NCBI GenBank assembly: GCA_963709405.1
Contig: CAVPXM010000072.1
Coordinates: 1-12,024, forward strand
DNA: 12,024 nt
From: an uncultured Nitrososphaerales archaeon
GTDB taxonomy: Archaea; Thermoproteota; Nitrososphaeria; Nitrososphaerales; Nitrososphaeraceae
Direction: 5' to 3'
A model generated the notes under the pieces. It was not told the DNA's origin. It did no database searches and saw only the letters and a program-made list of their open reading frames with translations. Shown here piece after piece: positions 7,629-12,024 of the stretch (positions within the stretch are counted from its first letter, which is position 1; every line of letters starts with the position of its first letter). The translations under genes and the position numbers were made by a program.

Positions 7629-8010
7629 TTGACACATAATGGAATCGACATAGATGAGTTTATCTTGCTTACCATTTATCCTACAGTAGTAATATTTGGC
7701 ATAGGTTATCTTGCAAGAAAAATAAATATGGGCGAGTCCCTGAAGTATGCAATTCAGGGCAGCTGCAAGCATTACATTTTCAATTATTTACTTAATCACT
7801 ATTCCTAATGGTGGAGCCCAAGGTCTTGCTCTAGTTCTCATGTTATTCGGCCTTGTATTATTTTTCATGGCGAGAAAATACAAGATCAACCCCGATCCGG
7901 ATAGAAGCGCACCGACTGTCGAACATAACAGCAATAAAGACGATTCCGAACCTACACAAGAAAAGCGGGGTTTGTCTGAATCAGATAAACAAGCCGATCC
8001 TAGACATTGA
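7629..8010 (+). CDS. Small multi-pass membrane protein split by a single +1 frameshift near 7755-7760 (pseudogene or sequence error)
   Basis: Frame from TTG 7629 reads MTHNGIDIDEFILLTIYPTVVIFGIGYLARKINMGESLKYAIQ. It continues plausibly into ORF 7747-8010 (AAASITFSIIYLITIPNGGAQGLALVLMLFGLVLFFMARKYK...). The joined product has three hydrophobic segments. Confidence 0.62.
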
Positions 8011-8411
8011 TATCTTGCCATATGATAGATTCGGTAGCTAGACGACAAGCGGACATCGTTCCGTCCCGGTCCCGCAAATTATCTGTTTGATGAAGCTAAT
8101 TTCCTGAGAAATTCCGATATTGCATATTGACTATCACTGGACGGAAATTGATCCGCCTAAACCACCAGAATATTCCTAGAAATTCACTGCCTATACAAGT
8201 GATTTGCTGTGTCAATAGGGATCAGTACTTCGATAGATTGACCTTTGCTCGACCAGATCGGGATAGGAATAGACTATTTTTGAATCTACGCACCATTTCT
8301 TATCCCCCAATCTGACTTCCATTTAGTATACTTCAATAAACAATTCACTCGAGATGGATAATATTAAAATATATGGGCAATACAAACATGTCCTCTATTA
8401 TAGTAACAAAT

Positions 8412-8621
8412 TCATTTAGTATGGTGAGTAGTTCTGTATGCGGAAGCTTTGTTGTATGAATAATACTTGTAAGCAAAAAAAGAGGCAATTACAAAGTTGG
8501 GAATTGACAATAAAAATAGGAAAGATGAAGAGTGTGAGGAAGACATGAATATACCGAAAATGCCCGCTGAAGCTGCAATTATGGCCAAAAATAGCATGTA
8601 GTTTTTCTGAACTGGCAACAC
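8412..8621 (-). CDS. Small membrane protein (2 TM helices)
   Basis: Two hydrophobic stretches and a basic C-terminal tail. TTTATA box on the minus strand at 8641-8646, about 20-25 nt upstream. Confidence 0.65.
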   Translation of the reverse strand: MLPVQKNYMLFLAIIAASAGIFGIFMSSSHSSSFLFLLSIPNFVIASFFAYKYYSYNKASAYRTTHHTK

Positions 8622-8773
8622 TCTAAATATATGCGTGCGCTATAAAGACCTTTCAGCGATTTTTGATATCCATCTTCTTCACGATCGCTAATAAGTATTC
8701 AGCCTTGCGCACAAAGCACATTGTCACCGTTGAATTCGTGTGGTTAAATTCATCCTTACAATTACTATATCAT

Positions 8774-9523
8774 CTAGATGTATTCATACACTCGATATAT
8801 GCTTCCGACATTTAGATAAGAAGGGTAATTCCATTTAAGAGTATCAAGTCTTACCTCACGGAGATGAATTTTATTGTTGCCGCATGTTCCTTTATTAGTC
8901 TGAGACATTAAAATATTATAAACAGACTCTCCTACCAATATTTGGCTAGCTTGGGTCATTGAAGCTATTTTTGATGTTATGTTAATTGCAGAACCTATTA
9001 TATCGATATGTGCCCTTTGTACATCCTTTCCATATACGACTACCAGAACTTCACCATAGTCAATGCCAATTCTGATTTTAATATCAGGTAATTTGGCCTC
9101 CTCAAACATTGGGGAGATGACTTTATCGATTATGTTACGTATTGCTTTAGAACATCTTATTGCATTGATGCAAGCCTTCCCCCGATCATGTCCGGCTGGA
9201 AATAATATAATCACAGCGTCGCCAACATATTTAAATACATATCCCCCATATCCCGAGACGATTACGCTTACCTCTTGAGCAAAGACCTGAATCATTAGCG
9301 CAAACTTGTCCTCCTGCAACGATAGACTCAATTGCGTCGAATTGTTGATATCCACGAACAGGAAGACGAAATTTGTTTTCGAATGGAGATGCCTTCTCAG
9401 CAATTTCCTACTCTCTTTAGTTGACATGTCAAGTTGAACTCCATCTTGCAGGGTTTTCCGTATTCTCGCACGGATTTGTTCGACGGGAGACTCCTCAGAT
9501 GATTCGTCATTCACTGTACCCAT
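8774..9523 (-). CDS. Class III adenylate/guanylate cyclase catalytic-domain protein (adenylate-specific residues)
   Basis: FVDINNST (metal Asp 1), KYVGDAV (substrate Lys and metal Asp 2), IRIGIDYGEV, and DIIGSAINITSKI (substrate Asp; N-x3-K in place of N-x3-R). Confidence 0.92.
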   Translation of the reverse strand: MGTVNDESSEESPVEQIRARIRKTLQDGVQLDMSTKESRKLLRRHLHSKTNFVFLFVDINNSTQLSLSLQEDKFALMIQVFAQEVSVIVSGYGGYVFKYVGDAVIILFPAGHDRGKACINAIRCSKAIRNIIDKVISPMFEEAKLPDIKIRIGIDYGEVLVVVYGKDVQRAHIDIIGSAINITSKIASMTQASQILVGESVYNILMSQTNKGTCGNNKIHLREVRLDTLKWNYPSYLNVGSIYRVYEYI

Positions 9524-9757
9524 GAGCTTTCATACCTTTTCAATTAAGAATATAGTGCAACAGATAGGTAACTGCGCATGGTCATTTTTAATTATAAGAC
9601 CATATATGTGTTCGATTAAGATAGATACATTTCCAATGCAGCCAGCCTTTGTATCATTGAATTACCATTTCTGATAACTCAGTCACATCACTCATACTTT
9701 TTTTGCGACAGCATACGAATTTAGAAAATACATATATGTAAATACGCCAATACTAAC

Positions 9758-10348
9758 ATGGATAGATCCAGGAACAGATGTTGGTTAAAGCAGATCTTGT
9801 ACAGACTTTATACTCTGAATAGAAGACTCGGCAAGCAAAATATCCAAAAGGAGCTAGTAAGCTCAGATCTTCAAGCATCGAGTAAATATTTGCAAATTAT
9901 TCTGGATGCTTGCATACTAAAGCTCCGAATTCTTACAAAGAAAGATGCTAGTGATGACACAATATTGGATCTATGTGAGGCTCTATTACACTTTATCCTT
10001 ACCGCTTCCATTTTGCCCTCTGCGAGGAAAATTGAAGTTGATAAAGAGTTAAAAATCGATTTGGTCATCCCAAATTTGCATAGCTTAATGAAAGATCCTC
10101 ACAAGTCATTAATCATCGATATTGTACGTGATTCAGCATACGCTAAAAGAATCTCAAAGATTAAATCCCTTCAACCTAATATTGAGAATATTTGGTTGAT
10201 ATCTGTTCGACCTCTCGGAATAGCCGAAGCTAGGAATTATTGTGTATTTCATGAGGGTGTATCAAAGAGATTTTGCGATATTATTATTGATATACAAAGA
10301 TTTTTGAGAGACTCTGGCGACACTACCATGAGGTTTGTGCATTCCTAA
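9758..10348 (+). CDS. Conserved hypothetical protein (possible restriction-endonuclease-like fold in the C-terminal half)
   Basis: 196-aa uninterrupted ORF with protein-like composition, divergent from the cyclase. Contains EALLHFILTA-x2-LPSARK...IDLVIP...LIIDI. The fold assignment is tentative. Confidence 0.75.
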   Translation: MDRSRNRCWLKQILYRLYTLNRRLGKQNIQKELVSSDLQASSKYLQIILDACILKLRILTKKDASDDTILDLCEALLHFILTASILPSARKIEVDKELKIDLVIPNLHSLMKDPHKSLIIDIVRDSAYAKRISKIKSLQPNIENIWLISVRPLGIAEARNYCVFHEGVSKRFCDIIIDIQRFLRDSGDTTMRFVHS

Positions 10349-10417
10349 CTAGTGTACTACTGACCACGGTTGTTAAGTCCAAGCACTTCATAATTGCTCT
10401 TATTGTGTCTATCTATT

Positions 10418-10555
10418 TCAGTTAATATCATGAAGTTGTTTTATGGATTTCATAAGCTTTTCTTGAAGAATCCTTGCAGCCTCTTCTTTATTGTTATTCG
10501 AATTGAAGGAAGTCAGCGGGTAAATGCCGCTTCGTTGCGCAGCTTGGTTCCTCAT
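10418..10555 (-). CDS. Candidate small protein (45 aa), not in the ORF track
   Basis: MRNQAAQRSGIYPLTSFNSNNNKEEAARILQEKLMKSIKQLHDIN* with an amphipathic C-terminal helix. TATAATTAA lies about 27-35 nt upstream (10582-10590, minus). Confidence 0.4.
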   Translation of the reverse strand: MRNQAAQRSGIYPLTSFNSNNNKEEAARILQEKLMKSIKQLHDIN

Positions 10556-10813
10556 TTACTATCAAATTCTCGGAAAATCGTTAATTATACTGTTATTACA
10601 GTTCGTAGACACTCAGATTTGTTATACATCAGCCTCGGTTGCCCTCTACACTAGTCCCCACGATAAAATGGAAGCTTGCAAATTTTGCCTTTAGCAGTCG
10701 CATTATACAAAATTCACCAGAAGAGGTATCCAATAGTATTAATGGTTTTATGTTCGTCAGACAATAAGAATCTCACAACATAATTGGGGCTTGTTAAGCA
10801 CCTCTTGGATAAT

Positions 10814-10828
10814 TAACTTAATAAGTTA
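10814..10828 (+). promoter_or_regulatory. 7-1-7 palindrome overlapping the TATA box of the wHTH gene (candidate operator)
   Basis: TAACTTA-A-TAAGTTA, containing TTAATAA, ends 32 nt upstream of ATG 10861. Confidence 0.5.
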
Positions 10829-10860
10829 GATATTCTAATATAGTCATTTATAGATAAGGG

Positions 10861-11214
10861 ATGATCTTCCTGAGCACCCAAGTAAGACAATCCGTGTTAG
10901 CTGCCTTGGCAGACCAGGAAATCGTTAAAATTTTGGATTGTGCGATGGTCAGGGCGAAATCAGTTAACGAGGTGATAAGGGAGTGCGATATCCCTCACAC
11001 TACTGCATATAGGAAAATTAAGTGGCTCTTAGATAATGGACTTCTTTTGTCGATTCGAAATGAGGTGACTGAAGAAGGGAAAAAGTTCACATTATTTAGA
11101 AGTGTGTTCAAATCACTAAGGATCGATTACGAATTTGGTAATATAGCGGTGTTCGCAGAATATAATGTTGATCCTGTTGAAAAAGTGACAGAGAGACTAT
11201 TATCGCTTCGCTGA
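10861..11214 (+). CDS. Winged helix-turn-helix transcriptional regulator (ArsR/HTH_20-like, archaeal)
   Basis: LAALAD...KIL...AKSVNEV-x4-DIPHTTAYRKIKWLLDNGLL followed by a beta-wing (EVTEEGKKFTLFRS). Confidence 0.9.
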   Translation: MIFLSTQVRQSVLAALADQEIVKILDCAMVRAKSVNEVIRECDIPHTTAYRKIKWLLDNGLLLSIRNEVTEEGKKFTLFRSVFKSLRIDYEFGNIAVFAEYNVDPVEKVTERLLSLR

Positions 11215-11262
11215 ACCAGAGATAAGTTTACTACTGTACTCGAGCCTAAATGATAGCAAGGG

Positions 11263-11583
11263 TCAATTTTCAAAGTTATCCGCGAGCTGCTTTTGACTCT
11301 TTTGATAATAACAAAACCTAAACCAAAGAAGCACGCTGAAAAAAATCATGGCAGCAACATGAAATTCCATCCCAATCTCTTCTAAATTATGAGATATGAG
11401 GAAACCATTCTGCTGCATAATATTTGCGATTTCGCCCATGATCCAGATAATAATAAATATTGAAATTTGGGATTGAAAATTCCTAATGCTTCTGGATTTA
11501 ATAACAATCCATAGAAATATACCAAGGGACAACAAGAGGAGGGGAAGGGTTAAATTGTATGAGATGTTTTCTGCCGATTCCAA
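11263..11583 (-). CDS. Hypothetical membrane protein (3 TM)
   Basis: Three hydrophobic segments. TTG start 5 nt after the upstream stop. SD-like GGAGGTGG at 11599-11606 within the upstream gene. Confidence 0.8.
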   Translation of the reverse strand: MESAENISYNLTLPLLLLSLGIFLWIVIKSRSIRNFQSQISIFIIIWIMGEIANIMQQNGFLISHNLEEIGMEFHVAAMIFFSVLLWFRFCYYQKSQKQLADNFEN

Positions 11584-11588
11584 AAATA

Positions 11589-11930
11589 CTATTTACGGCC
11601 ACCTCCATGCTTATTAGTTAAGACGGAATTTGGATATAAAATACGTATCATCATGACTCCAAATAGAATTAGTATAACCACGGATAGTGGTTCGAGCAAT
11701 CCTTCTCCCAATATGCGGTATCCGAATAGCTCGGCCAGATGATATAGACCATGTATTAGGATAAACAATGCCAAAATAATTGTTATAGTCCTTATTCTAA
11801 ACTTATTAGTGCCACTAACCTTGATACTGATATATATTGGAATTATTGCAGCACTAAAAATGGCTATAACACTAATAACGTGAAACGCGGTCATGTACAA
11901 ATTTCTATATTTCTTATTGGAATTCAGCAA
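11589..11930 (-). CDS. Hypothetical membrane protein (3 TM) with intramembrane HxxxH motif
   Basis: Three hydrophobic segments. FILIHGLYHLAE lies in TM2 and LLEP precedes TM3. TTG start. Confidence 0.8.
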   Translation of the reverse strand: MLNSNKKYRNLYMTAFHVISVIAIFSAAIIPIYISIKVSGTNKFRIRTITIILALFILIHGLYHLAELFGYRILGEGLLEPLSVVILILFGVMMIRILYPNSVLTNKHGGGRK

Positions 11931-12024
11931 TTAATAAATGATAGAAGTCGAGACGTCCTTATTGGACAGGGTCAATCTCACGATATGGTATGATAAATGT
12001 ACACAGCAATTTTCTATCTGGTAT

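Noticed and set aside
9063-9278. ORF 9063-9278 (+), and likewise 9871-10068 (-), 7788-8048 (-), 7853-8041 (+) and 7581-7772 (-)
   Set aside because: They overlap better-supported genes in other frames or strands and show no motifs.
10394-10654. ORF 10394-10654 (+)
   Set aside because: Composition looks like antisense; the minus-strand 45-aa ORF is the better candidate.
1-12024. CRISPR array, rRNA, or a cyclic-nucleotide defence operon (Pycsar/CBASS-like) built from the cyclase and patatin
   Set aside because: No regularly spaced repeats or rRNA-like sequence were seen. Patatin and cyclase are 7 kb apart, on either side of tRNA/GINS, and no cNMP-binding effector is evident.

Overview
AT-rich archaeal DNA, most consistent with a soil ammonia-oxidising archaeon (Nitrososphaeraceae). 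This assignment is inferred from TATA/BRE promoters, TTG/GTG starts, a GINS gene, an intron-containing tRNA and the protein families present. The left part (1-5400) looks like a decayed island at the 3' end of tRNA-Pro(GGG): a patatin-like hydrolase, an ABM/Dabb-type protein, a pirin, a DUF72-like C-terminal remnant and a truncated tyrosine integrase. The tRNA-Pro (5413-5505, minus) carries a 17-nt intron at the non-canonical 29/30 position, with a complete bulge-helix-bulge motif. The right part holds a Gins15-type GINS gene whose N-terminus lacks an in-frame canonical start, and a decayed IS5-family element inserted exactly at the GINS stop codon (TAA duplicated). It continues with a frameshifted membrane-protein gene, a small membrane protein, a stand-alone class III nucleotide cyclase and a conserved hypothetical protein. 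It ends with a winged-HTH regulator convergent on two small His-containing membrane proteins. All family calls are by eye; no database searches were run.
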